From: Gammaproteobacteria bacterium
GTDB lineage: Bacteria > Pseudomonadota > Gammaproteobacteria > GCA-002705445 > GCA-002716945
Assembly (NCBI GenBank): GCA_016779485.1
Contig: JADHNN010000001.1
Span: 159,885 to 223,884 of the forward strand
Direction of reading: 5' to 3'
DNA length: 64,000 nt
The notes beneath the pieces are model-generated. The model saw only the letters and a list, made by a program, of their open reading frames with translations. It ran no database searches and had not been told where the DNA came from. Below are positions 1-9,062 of this stretch, one piece after another (position 1 is the first letter of the stretch; every line of letters begins with the position of its first letter). Made by a program: the position numbers and the translations under genes.

Positions 1-1
1 G

Positions 2-484
2 GTGATGAGGGTGAATCATATGGGTGAGGTTTGTGCTCAGGCTTTGTATAGAGGTCAAGCTTTGACAACTAAGGATACTTCAATAACTAAAATAATCAAA
101 AATATGTGCATTGAAGAAAAAAATCATTTGAACATGTTAAGTGAAAGATTGTCTGAACTATCAGGCAGAACAAGCAGATTAAACTCTTTGTGGTATCTAT
201 CATCCTTTATGCTTGGGGCTTACGTAGGTACATTAGATAAAAATAAATCCTATGGTTTTATTTATGAAACAGAAACTCAAGTTGAAGATCACTTGGATGA
301 GTATTCACTAAAACTTCCTGCTACTGATGTAAAGAGTAAAAAAATTCTTGAACAGATTAAAATAGATGAGACAAAACATAAAAATACTGCTAAAGATCAA
401 GGGTCGATTGAATTGAGTAAATCTACTAAAAATCTTATGTCTGTGACTTCAAAGATAATAAAAAAAATAAGTTACTATATCTAA
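2..484 (+). CDS. coq7: Demethoxyubiquinone hydroxylase Coq7 (5' end outside window)
   Basis: MRVNHxGEVCAQALY, EEKNH, ETETQVEDHL and DETKH di-iron ligand motifs; convergent with speD as in Pseudomonas. Confidence 0.9.
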   Translation: MMRVNHMGEVCAQALYRGQALTTKDTSITKIIKNMCIEEKNHLNMLSERLSELSGRTSRLNSLWYLSSFMLGAYVGTLDKNKSYGFIYETETQVEDHLDEYSLKLPATDVKSKKILEQIKIDETKHKNTAKDQGSIELSKSTKNLMSVTSKIIKKISYYI

Positions 485-1128
485 ACTAAGTAATCATAAA
501 GATAGTCATTCAATTCTGGGATTTTTATTTTTTCTTCTTTCTTTATCAATTTATAATGCTTAAATGATTCAAAAGAATCATTAGCTATCATATTAAATTC
601 TATGTGGTGCTTTTGAAGAAATAAACTTAGAATCTGTTTATCAGCTTCTATCTTCTCTAAATTTATTCCTCTATGAAAAAAATCTAATGTTATTGCGTCA
701 TAATTATTAAAGAGAGAGTTTTCTATTAAATCATTTAAAACCGCATAAACACATTTTCTACTGCATGAAGATACATGAAGTTCTAGTCTTAAAATAATAA
801 GATTGTTAATGGAATTTTCAAAATATGAATGAAAGCTGATGTGACTTTCTTTTAAATGAGAAATGCTGGATGATCCGAAAATAACATTATCAGACTCTAT
901 TATGGAACTCAAGCTTGTTCCGGAAGGTTCAAAAGAGTGTTGTGATGTATGCAGGATTTTTGTATTTAATATTTCTGAAATACTCTTTGTAGTGGACATG
1001 AGTTTATTAGCAGAATATTTTTGTTCTATTTCTCTATTTTTTTGTAATCTATTCTTGTTATTGCACGAATAGCCATAATAAGAGTTTATAATGAGCGATT
1101 GGCTTGTATTTGTTATATTAGGATTCAT
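481..1128 (-). CDS. speD: S-adenosylmethionine decarboxylase proenzyme (divergent, E. coli type)
   Basis: SFEPSGTS (cf. DYEPQGAS), HLKE|SHISFHSY self-cleavage motif (cf. HLDK|SHICVHTY), VSSCS (cf. VSTCG). Confidence 0.75.
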   Translation of the reverse strand: MNPNITNTSQSLIINSYYGYSCNNKNRLQKNREIEQKYSANKLMSTTKSISEILNTKILHTSQHSFEPSGTSLSSIIESDNVIFGSSSISHLKESHISFHSYFENSINNLIILRLELHVSSCSRKCVYAVLNDLIENSLFNNYDAITLDFFHRGINLEKIEADKQILSLFLQKHHIEFNMIANDSFESFKHYKLIKKEEKIKIPELNDYLYDYLV

Positions 1129-1510
1129 TGCTTAGCGTAGGATGCCATAATATTTGCAAAATATTACCATCTGGGTCTTCTACATAAAAGCTAATAGAAT
1201 CATCTCTATGTGTTTTTTTCTCTTTATGAATTTTTACATTATTATCCTTCATATGTTTCAAATAAACATCAATATCATTTTTATTTTTTACAAATATCCC
1301 AAAATGGTCTAATCGAGAATCATTTGTGTCACCAGATACATTGCTATCATAATGCAGCGCTAGATTATCAGTTCCATTTGTTAGATAAGCATTATTATCG
1401 TCTGGTCTCCAATCAATTTTCATGCCAAGTACTTGTGTATAAAAATTAAAACATTTTTCGAAGTTTTTAACTTTTAGAGCTAGATGTCGCATACCTAAGT
1501 TATTTTCCAT
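1118..1510 (-). CDS. VOC/glyoxalase-family protein
   Basis: MRHLAL...FYTQVLGM, LDHFGI, SFYVEDPDGNILQI glyoxalase-fold motifs. Confidence 0.85.
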   Translation of the reverse strand: MENNLGMRHLALKVKNFEKCFNFYTQVLGMKIDWRPDDNNAYLTNGTDNLALHYDSNVSGDTNDSRLDHFGIFVKNKNDIDVYLKHMKDNNVKIHKEKKTHRDDSISFYVEDPDGNILQILWHPTLSNES

Positions 1511-2276
1511 TTATTAGCACCTCTAATTCATCTATTATATTTTTAGATTTTACCAAATGTTCACCGATTAAAAATGTGAATATCCCCTCATTATTAAGAT
1601 TCATAATGTCATCTCTGCTGTGAATGCCACTCTCACTTATGAGAACAACGTTGTCTTCATTTACGATTTTAGACAAATTTTTGCTTGTATTTATATCCAC
1701 ATCAAAAGTTTTTAGATTTCTATTATTAATACCAATTAGTTGTGCTTTATGCATTAAAGCAAATTCAAGCTCATCTTTATCATGAACTTCTGTAAGAACA
1801 TCTAAGTCAAGTTGATGAGCTAAGTCCGATAGCTGAAGATACATATCAGATGATAAAGCTGAAACAATTAATAAAATACAATCTGCTCCCAACATCCTGC
1901 TTTCATAGATCTGTATAGGGTCCAATATAAAATCTTTTCTAAGTATTGGTAAATTGACTGAGCTCTTTGCTTCCAATAAATCATCATTTGAACCATTAAA
2001 GTAGTTTTTTTCTGTTAATACTGATATGCAAGAAGCGCCACCCTCTTGATACTTTTTAACAATTTTAGCAACATCTAAATTATCATCTAATATTCCTTTG
2101 CTTGGTGACTTTCTCTTTACTTCAGCAATTATAGAGTTTTTTTTATTATTTTGATTATTAAGTAAGTTTTTATAAAAGTTACTTTTTCTCTGATCAAATT
2201 TTAAATTTGAAATATCAAGCTCAGTTTTTAGTTTTTCAACTTCATTGAGTTTATTTTTAACTATTTCACTTAGCAT
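1500..2276 (-). CDS. trpC: Indole-3-glycerol phosphate synthase
   Basis: IAEVKRKSPSKG, SVLTE, LRKDF, GINNRNL, ISESGI; start set at ATG 2276 overlapping the trpD stop. Confidence 0.97.
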   Translation of the reverse strand: MLSEIVKNKLNEVEKLKTELDISNLKFDQRKSNFYKNLLNNQNNKKNSIIAEVKRKSPSKGILDDNLDVAKIVKKYQEGGASCISVLTEKNYFNGSNDDLLEAKSSVNLPILRKDFILDPIQIYESRMLGADCILLIVSALSSDMYLQLSDLAHQLDLDVLTEVHDKDELEFALMHKAQLIGINNRNLKTFDVDINTSKNLSKIVNEDNVVLISESGIHSRDDIMNLNNEGIFTFLIGEHLVKSKNIIDELEVLINGK

Positions 2277-3297
2277 TTTTTGATACCTGATTGGTGAAAT
2301 CAATATATTGATTAAATTTGTCCCTGACTAGATAACTATCTAAAGAGTCTTTACATTGTGATATAGCATCTTTCAAATCTATTTCTTTGTATATCATGAC
2401 AAGAAGTGCTGCATTAAGAACTGATATTTTTCTCGCATCTGAATCTAAATTATTTATAACAGAATAAATAATATCTAGACTACTTCTTTCAGTGTTAGTT
2501 TTGATATTTTCTAAATCTTCTCCTACTAACTCATATTTTATTGGATCAATTGTAAAGCTAGTTATATTATTATTTTTAATCTCTAGGACATCTGTTACAT
2601 CATAAATACTAGCTTCATCCATTCCATCTCTAGAATTTAAAATTAATGCGCTTTTTGTTCCTAACTCTAATAACGCGTTCGCAATCAGGTTCATTGCTTC
2701 TTTATTATAAGTACCAATCAATTGAATTTTTGCATTTGCTGGATTAGTAATAGGTCCCAGCATATTAAATATTGTCTTTTCTGGAGCAAGGCTTTTTCTA
2801 GAATTAGCAACATTCTTCATCGCCATATGGTGAAGTGGAGCAAACATAAAACCGAAATTAACATGTCTAATGCATTTACTTACATGTTCTGGTTCTAAAT
2901 TAATTTTAGCTCCTGCATCATGAAGTAGGTCAGCACTTCCCGATGAGCTTGTAATTGCTTTGTTTCCATGTTTTGCAACTTTAACATCACATGCAGCTGC
3001 AATAAATGATGCACAAGTTGATATATTGAACGTGCCTATTCCATCGCCTCCGGTTCCACAACTGTCAATAACTTTCTCATTAATTTCAACTTTGGTTGAA
3101 ATTTTCCTCATAGCTGTAGCAAAACCAATCAATTCCGCTGAACAAATGTTTTTCTTATTTAAGAGAATAAGTATTTCCTTTATTTGATTATCATCTAGAG
3201 AGCCTTCAAACATTTTCTCAGAAACAAAATACGCTTCCTCAATAGATAGATCTATTCTATTGTTTAAGTTTGCCTGTATGTTCTCAAAGCTATACAT
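2266..3297 (-). CDS. trpD: Anthranilate phosphoribosyltransferase
   Basis: DSCGTGGDG, FNIST, KHGN, SGSAD, GMDE motifs. Confidence 0.97.
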   Translation of the reverse strand: MYSFENIQANLNNRIDLSIEEAYFVSEKMFEGSLDDNQIKEILILLNKKNICSAELIGFATAMRKISTKVEINEKVIDSCGTGGDGIGTFNISTCASFIAAACDVKVAKHGNKAITSSSGSADLLHDAGAKINLEPEHVSKCIRHVNFGFMFAPLHHMAMKNVANSRKSLAPEKTIFNMLGPITNPANAKIQLIGTYNKEAMNLIANALLELGTKSALILNSRDGMDEASIYDVTDVLEIKNNNITSFTIDPIKYELVGEDLENIKTNTERSSLDIIYSVINNLDSDARKISVLNAALLVMIYKEIDLKDAISQCKDSLDSYLVRDKFNQYIDFTNQVSKNAK

Positions 3298-3865
3298 TTA
3301 AAAAATTCTCCAGAAGCTTATGTCCAAATTCTGTTAAAATTGATTCAGGATGAAATTGTACTCCGAATAAATTATGTTTCTTATGTCTCAGTCCCATAAT
3401 TTCAGTATCCGGATCACTATCATGTGTTCTTGCTGTTATTATAAGTGAATCAGGAAATGACTCTTCTTGAATCACCAGAGAATGGTATCTTGTCGCTGTA
3501 AACTGTTGAGGTATACCATTGAATAAATAATCTGCTTCATGAGTTATTTTTGATGTTTTTCCATGCATAATGCTTTTTGCTGTAACAATTTTCCCACCAA
3601 AAGCTTGGCCTATTGTTTGGTGACCTAAGCATACACCTAAGATAGGTTTTATTTTGTAATATTTTTTAACTACTTCGATAGATATACCTGCTTCATTTGG
3701 AGTACATGGTCCAGGTGATATCACAATTTTTTCTGGGTTAATTTTATCTATTTCATTTAAAGTTATTTTGTCATTTCTTTTTACTAAAACATTTGCACCT
3801 AATTCTCCTAAATATTGAACTATGTTGAATGTAAATGAATCATAATTATCTATCATTAAAATCAT
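3290..3865 (-). CDS. trpG: Anthranilate synthase component II (glutamine amidotransferase)
   Basis: IDNYDSFT, SPGPCTP, GVCLGHQ, RYHSL, QFHPES; between trpE and trpD. Confidence 0.96.
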   Translation of the reverse strand: MILMIDNYDSFTFNIVQYLGELGANVLVKRNDKITLNEIDKINPEKIVISPGPCTPNEAGISIEVVKKYYKIKPILGVCLGHQTIGQAFGGKIVTAKSIMHGKTSKITHEADYLFNGIPQQFTATRYHSLVIQEESFPDSLIITARTHDSDPDTEIMGLRHKKHNLFGVQFHPESILTEFGHKLLENFLNV

Positions 3866-5322
3866 GTTTTTTCTCTAAGTTTTTCTAATGCTTTAATTAT
3901 AGCTTTGCCTTTGTTAATAGTTTCATCCCACTCTAATTCAGGAATAGAATCGTAAACTATTCCTGCCCCGCACTGAATATGTAGTTTATCAGATTTAATT
4001 ACGCATGTTCGTATTGCTATAGCAGTGTCCATATTACCATTCCAGCCTAAGTATCCAATGGCTCCAGCATATATTCCTCTTTTTATACTCTCAAGCTCAA
4101 AGATAATCTGAAGTGCTCGAATTTTTGGAGCACCTGAAACAGTTCCTGCAGGGAAAGTTGCTCTCAGGACATCAAACATTGTTAGATTCGGATTAATTTT
4201 CCCTTCTACATTAGAAACCATATGCATGACATGAGAATATCGCTCAATAATCATCTTATCGTTAATTTTTATTGTTCCAGCTTTACATATTCTTCCTATA
4301 TCATTTCTTCCTAAATCAATTAACATCAAATGCTCTGCGAGCTCTTTTTTATCATTCAATAAATCAATTTCATAATTATCATCTTGTTGAATATCATTCC
4401 CTCTTGGGCGTGTTCCAGCAATAGGTCTAACAGTGACATTATCATTTTCTAGTCTTGCGAGTATTTCTGGAGAAGATCCAACAACAGTATAATCCCCCAT
4501 ATTTAAATAATACATATAAGGTGATGGATTTATCTTTCTAAGTTCCTTGTAAAAATCAATTGGCTTTTCTTTAAAGTCTATACTCATTCTTTGTGAAAGG
4601 ACGACCTGCATTACATCACCCTTATTAATATATTCTTTAATTTTCTTCACAGCAGAAATAAAGTCTTTTTTCTCAAAGTCATACTGTAAATTGATTTTAT
4701 AATTCTTTGTATGTGAAGCCTTGTTGCATAACTTTTTATTTAACTTAGATGAGTACTCGTCTATTTTTTTGATGCTAGACTGATAATCCTCTTTTGTATT
4801 ATTTGAAAAAACTACAATAAAGACTTTATTATTTACCTTATCAAATACGATAAAATCTTTACATATTATCAAAGATATATCTGGAGCATTAATATCATTT
4901 TCTTGTTTACGCTGCACAACACTATCTTCAAAATAGCATATTGATTCGAAAGAAAAATGTCCTACAAATCCGCCACAAAAAGATGGAAGATTATGAGGGA
5001 TGAAAACTTTATATGATGAGAAATGTTTCTCTATCCATCCAAAAGGATTTGAATTCGTAATCTCTCTATCCAGCATAAAATTACTGTATTGCTTTATATT
5101 ATTTCCAAAAACATTGAAATAGTCTCCGGATGAGCATCCTATAATTGTATATCGACTCCAATTTTTATCACCTTCAAGTGATTCAAAGAAAAATGATTTT
5201 CTCTCATCAAAATATTGACTATAAATATCAATTGCATTGTAATCATTAGAGCCTATTTCCTTAATGATAGGTATTAGAGTGAAGCCGTCTTTAACCTTTT
5301 TTAAAAAATCTGTAAATTCCAT
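3862..5322 (-). CDS. trpE: Anthranilate synthase component I
   Basis: NPSPYMY, SSPEIL, RPIAGT, EHLMLIDLGRND, PAGTVSGAPK, GAGIV. Confidence 0.97.
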   Translation of the reverse strand: MEFTDFLKKVKDGFTLIPIIKEIGSNDYNAIDIYSQYFDERKSFFFESLEGDKNWSRYTIIGCSSGDYFNVFGNNIKQYSNFMLDREITNSNPFGWIEKHFSSYKVFIPHNLPSFCGGFVGHFSFESICYFEDSVVQRKQENDINAPDISLIICKDFIVFDKVNNKVFIVVFSNNTKEDYQSSIKKIDEYSSKLNKKLCNKASHTKNYKINLQYDFEKKDFISAVKKIKEYINKGDVMQVVLSQRMSIDFKEKPIDFYKELRKINPSPYMYYLNMGDYTVVGSSPEILARLENDNVTVRPIAGTRPRGNDIQQDDNYEIDLLNDKKELAEHLMLIDLGRNDIGRICKAGTIKINDKMIIERYSHVMHMVSNVEGKINPNLTMFDVLRATFPAGTVSGAPKIRALQIIFELESIKRGIYAGAIGYLGWNGNMDTAIAIRTCVIKSDKLHIQCGAGIVYDSIPELEWDETINKGKAIIKALEKLREKT

Positions 5323-5331
5323 CTATCTTTA

Positions 5332-6000
5332 TTAAGATTGTGAAATAAGTTCTCTCATTTGAGAAATAGTTTTTTTATAATCTTGTGAGTTGAATATTGC
5401 TGAACCAGATACAAATGTGTCCGCGCCACACTCAGCAACTTTTGCTATATTTTTTAGATTTATGCCTCCATCCACTTCTAATCGAATGTTAGGATTTACT
5501 GCGTCTATCAATTCTCTGACTTCAATAATTTTTTCATAAGTTGAATCTATAAATTTCTGACCTGCAAAACCTGGATTCACGGACATTAATAAAACCATAT
5601 CAACTTGCTCAAGACAATACTCAAGTACTGATATACTCGTAGCTGGATTTAGAACAACTCCAGGCATACATCCCTGCTCTTTAATGAGCCTAATTGTTCT
5701 GTCCACATGTTTTGTTGCCTCAGGATGGAAAGTAATATAGTTTGCTCCTGCTTTTGCAAACTGAGGAATAATTTCATCTACAGGGGTTATCATCAAGTGA
5801 ACATCTATAGTTGACTTTATCCCATATGCACGCAGAGCTTCACAAACTAATGGGCCAATGGTTAAATTAGGAACATAATGATTATCCATTACATCAAAGT
5901 GGATAAAATCAGCTCCTGCTTTAATAACGTCAGATACATCTTTTCCTAGATTTGCAAAATCTGCAGATAAGATTGATGGGGCTATAATATAATCTTTCAT
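5332..6000 (-). CDS. rpe: Ribulose-phosphate 3-epimerase
   Basis: [39 protein letters not shown]. Confidence 0.98.
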   Translation of the reverse strand: MKDYIIAPSILSADFANLGKDVSDVIKAGADFIHFDVMDNHYVPNLTIGPLVCEALRAYGIKSTIDVHLMITPVDEIIPQFAKAGANYITFHPEATKHVDRTIRLIKEQGCMPGVVLNPATSISVLEYCLEQVDMVLLMSVNPGFAGQKFIDSTYEKIIEVRELIDAVNPNIRLEVDGGINLKNIAKVAECGADTFVSGSAIFNSQDYKKTISQMRELISQS

Positions 6001-6058
6001 TTGTTAATGGTGGTTGAAGTCAGTATAAGTCATTCATTCCCTTAATTAAAATTATTTT

Positions 6059-6081
6059 TTTTATGATAAAATGTCATAAAA
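6059..6081. promoter_or_regulatory. Inverted repeat TTTTATGA-N7-TCATAAAA overlapping an extended -10 (TGaTAAAAT, 6064-6072) of the pseudoazurin promoter
   Basis: Perfect 8-bp arms seen in the rpe/pseudoazurin divergent spacer; T-N11-A core is LysR-like. Confidence 0.5.
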
Positions 6082-6112
6082 TTAATTAGGAACTTTTATT
6101 ATAGGAGAAATC

Positions 6113-6565
6113 ATGGAAATAAAGAGAAAGTTACTTATGCTTGTAGTATTTATTATAAGTATTCCAGTTAATGCTGCAGATCATACAGTAGAAATGTTAA
6201 GCTCATCAAATGGTCAAATGATGGTTTTTAAGCCTGCTGTTCTTAAAATTAATCCAGGAGATACCGTTATATGGAAAGCAACAAATCCTGGACACAACAC
6301 ATCATCTATTGAGCAAATGAGTGCTGATTCATCACTTAAATGGAATGGCAAGATTAATGAAGAGCTCAAAATTACTTTTACTAAGGAAGGTATATATGGT
6401 TATAAATGCACACCACACTATATTCTGGGCATGGTAGGTGTAATAGCAGTTGGCGAAAACTTAGACAATTTATCATCTGCGACTAAGTTTGCAACTTCTG
6501 AAGAAAAAAAGTTTGCAACAAATAAAAATAGGTTTTCAAAATATATGAATGAACTTAAAAATTAA
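6113..6565 (+). CDS. Pseudoazurin (type-1 blue copper protein) with signal peptide
   Basis: Signal peptide ending VNA-ADH; His (GHN) plus C-x2-H-x4-M (CTPHYILGM) copper ligands; SD AGGAG. Confidence 0.9.
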   Translation: MEIKRKLLMLVVFIISIPVNAADHTVEMLSSSNGQMMVFKPAVLKINPGDTVIWKATNPGHNTSSIEQMSADSSLKWNGKINEELKITFTKEGIYGYKCTPHYILGMVGVIAVGENLDNLSSATKFATSEEKKFATNKNRFSKYMNELKN

Positions 6566-7422
6566 TGGCTCAAATTGATAAATTCTTCCTGGAAAATAAG
6601 CCTTTGTTTTCTGGTAAAATTAGAGAAATATTTAACTATACTGAAAATAAGCTACTCATCAAAACGTCGGATAAAATATCTGCATTTGATTTTGTTTTCG
6701 AAGATGAGATTCCATCAAAGGGAAAGTTACTTACAAAAATAGCAAAGTTTTGGTTCGAAAAAACTGAACATATAATTAAAAATCACATCTTAGATGACTC
6801 AGCTCTTAGTAAGCTTTTTCCACAAACATCGGAGTCTTGTCTTCTAGTAAAAAAATGTACACCCATAAGGATAGAGGCAATTGTAAGAGGATACATATCT
6901 GGATCGGCCTACAATCAATATATCAAAAATGGCATGGTCTCTGATATTAAAATGCAAGGCGGCCTGAAGATTAATGATAGGCTAAAAACTCCAATATTTA
7001 CACCATCAACAAAAGCAGAGGTTGGCGATAAAGATGAAAATATTAATTTTGGTCAAATGGTTCAGTTGGTAGGAGAAGATAAAGCTACATATATAAGAAA
7101 TAAGAGTCTTGAGTTATATGAATATGCTCATGAATATGCACTCAGCAAAGGATTATGTCTCATAGATACCAAATTAGAATTTGGATATGATAATCATGGT
7201 GATATCATACTGATCGATGAAATATTTACACCTGATTGTTCAAGATATTGTTTGGCAGAGGATATTAATAATCAAAATATAGATTTCTTTGATAAACAGT
7301 TTTTTAGAAATTATTTGAAAGAAATTAAATGGAATCAAACTCAGATAAATATTCCAAAAGAAATAAAAAGTATTATTACTTCAAGGTATGAAAAGGTTTA
7401 CCAAATGCTTAATGATGAATAA
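6565..7422 (+). CDS. purC: SAICAR synthetase
   Basis: GKIREI, SDKISAFD, EAIVRGYISGS, FTPSTKA, DTKLEFG, DEIFTPDCSRY, DKQFFRNYL. Confidence 0.95.
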   Translation: MAQIDKFFLENKPLFSGKIREIFNYTENKLLIKTSDKISAFDFVFEDEIPSKGKLLTKIAKFWFEKTEHIIKNHILDDSALSKLFPQTSESCLLVKKCTPIRIEAIVRGYISGSAYNQYIKNGMVSDIKMQGGLKINDRLKTPIFTPSTKAEVGDKDENINFGQMVQLVGEDKATYIRNKSLELYEYAHEYALSKGLCLIDTKLEFGYDNHGDIILIDEIFTPDCSRYCLAEDINNQNIDFFDKQFFRNYLKEIKWNQTQINIPKEIKSIITSRYEKVYQMLNDE

Positions 7423-8062
7423 GTATATTTTTATTACAGGTACAAACACTGATGTAGGTAAAACCTATATTGGTACAAAGTTAATAAAAGTATTAAATAA
7501 GAAATATGGTTTCGTGGCATTTAAGCCTATTGAAACCGGGTGTAAAGAAATTAAAAAAACACTCATACCTGCTGATTCAGCTGTGTATTATAAAATCTTA
7601 AAAAATTATCAAACTCTAGATGAGCTTAATCCATATAGATTTTTACCTCCTGTATCTCCATATTTAGCTATTCGACAAGCCAACAAGAAGATTTATATAA
7701 AAAATTACTATCAAAAACTTAAGATATTATCTAACAGATCACCAGTTTTAATAGAAGGTGCAGGTGGAGCTTTTTCGCCATTAGCTTTAGATGGTTTGAA
7801 TATTGATTTTATGAAATTAGTGAAATCAATAAATATTTTGGTCATCAAAGATGAATTAGGCTGTATCGGTTCTGCGATATCAAATATTTTAGCATTTGAT
7901 AAATATAAAGTACCTATAGATTTACTAGTTTTAAATACAAAAAATAAAAATAAAATGGATAATATAAATGAAATTAAAAAATATACTAAAATCCCAATAA
8001 TTAATTTCACAAATACTAAATCAATAAATGCAATTGAAAATAGAATTAATAAGCTATTATAA
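7412..8062 (+). CDS. bioD: Dethiobiotin synthase
   Basis: GTNTDVGKT P-loop, KPIETG, IEGAGG; start ATG 7412 or 7415. Confidence 0.93.
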   Translation: MMNKYIFITGTNTDVGKTYIGTKLIKVLNKKYGFVAFKPIETGCKEIKKTLIPADSAVYYKILKNYQTLDELNPYRFLPPVSPYLAIRQANKKIYIKNYYQKLKILSNRSPVLIEGAGGAFSPLALDGLNIDFMKLVKSINILVIKDELGCIGSAISNILAFDKYKVPIDLLVLNTKNKNKMDNINEIKKYTKIPIINFTNTKSINAIENRINKLL

Positions 8063-9052
8063 CTCACCTACAGATGCTCTTGAACATCGGCTTGCTCTTT
8101 CAATTAATATGCTTTGTGATGTAATTAAATTTTCATCCTTGCCTAGCCATGTTGCTAAAGCAGCAGCCTGAATAGCTCTAGCATAAGAGAATGTTACTCT
8201 CCATGGAAGACTATGATTTTTATTCATAATGTTCAGATGCTCTTCAGCCTCGCAGTCAGTTTGTCCACCAGATAAGAAAGCTATTCCAGATGTATCATTT
8301 GGTACACAGTCTTTCAAACAATCAATTGTCATATTTGCAACCTTGTCTTTATCTGCTCGAGAAGAATTATCTTCACCAGAAATAACCATACTCGGCTTAA
8401 GAACAGTGCCTGGTAGATAGACATTAAGCATTTCTAAATTTCTAAACAATGAATGGAGTGTTGATCTTGTTACTTTATCGCAATCTTCAATAGAATGTGG
8501 CCCGTTGATAAGCACTTCTGGTTCAACAATTGGGACAAGATTATTCTCTTGACATAAAGATGCATATCTTGCCAACGAATTCATATTTGATTCGATACAA
8601 CCTTCGGAAGGTATATCTTTTCCAATAGTTATTACAGCTCTCCATTTACAAAACTTTGCGCCGTCCTCATAGTACTTTGCAAGCCTATCTCTCAGTCCAT
8701 CTAATCCTTCTGTAATTTTTTCATTAGGATGACACGAAAAATCTTTAGCGCCTTTATCAACTTTTATTCCTGGAAGAATTCCTATTGAATTTAAATAATC
8801 TCTAAAAAGAGTCCCATCTTCCATCTTCTGATCGAATGTTTCTTCAAATAATATTGCTCCACTTATATATTTAGAAAGATCAGGCGATGTAACAATTAGT
8901 TCTCTATATCTTCTTCTGTTAATTTCATTATTTTCTACATTAATGGATGCAAGACGTTTGGCAATTGTTGGGCTACTCTCATCCATAGCAAGTATACCTT
9001 TTGGAAGAGTCATCATTTTTTTTGCTGTTTCTTGTAAAATATTCTTATCCAT
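8057..9052 (-). CDS. Fructose-bisphosphate aldolase, class I (Schiff base)
   Basis: GILAMDES, GIKVDKG, KWRAV, PIVEPEV, LKPSMV, FLSGGQ, FSYARA; SD AGGAG before ATG 9052. Confidence 0.95.
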   Translation of the reverse strand: MDKNILQETAKKMMTLPKGILAMDESSPTIAKRLASINVENNEINRRRYRELIVTSPDLSKYISGAILFEETFDQKMEDGTLFRDYLNSIGILPGIKVDKGAKDFSCHPNEKITEGLDGLRDRLAKYYEDGAKFCKWRAVITIGKDIPSEGCIESNMNSLARYASLCQENNLVPIVEPEVLINGPHSIEDCDKVTRSTLHSLFRNLEMLNVYLPGTVLKPSMVISGEDNSSRADKDKVANMTIDCLKDCVPNDTSGIAFLSGGQTDCEAEEHLNIMNKNHSLPWRVTFSYARAIQAAALATWLGKDENLITSQSILIERASRCSRASVGEL

Positions 9053-9062
9053 ACTTCGTCTC

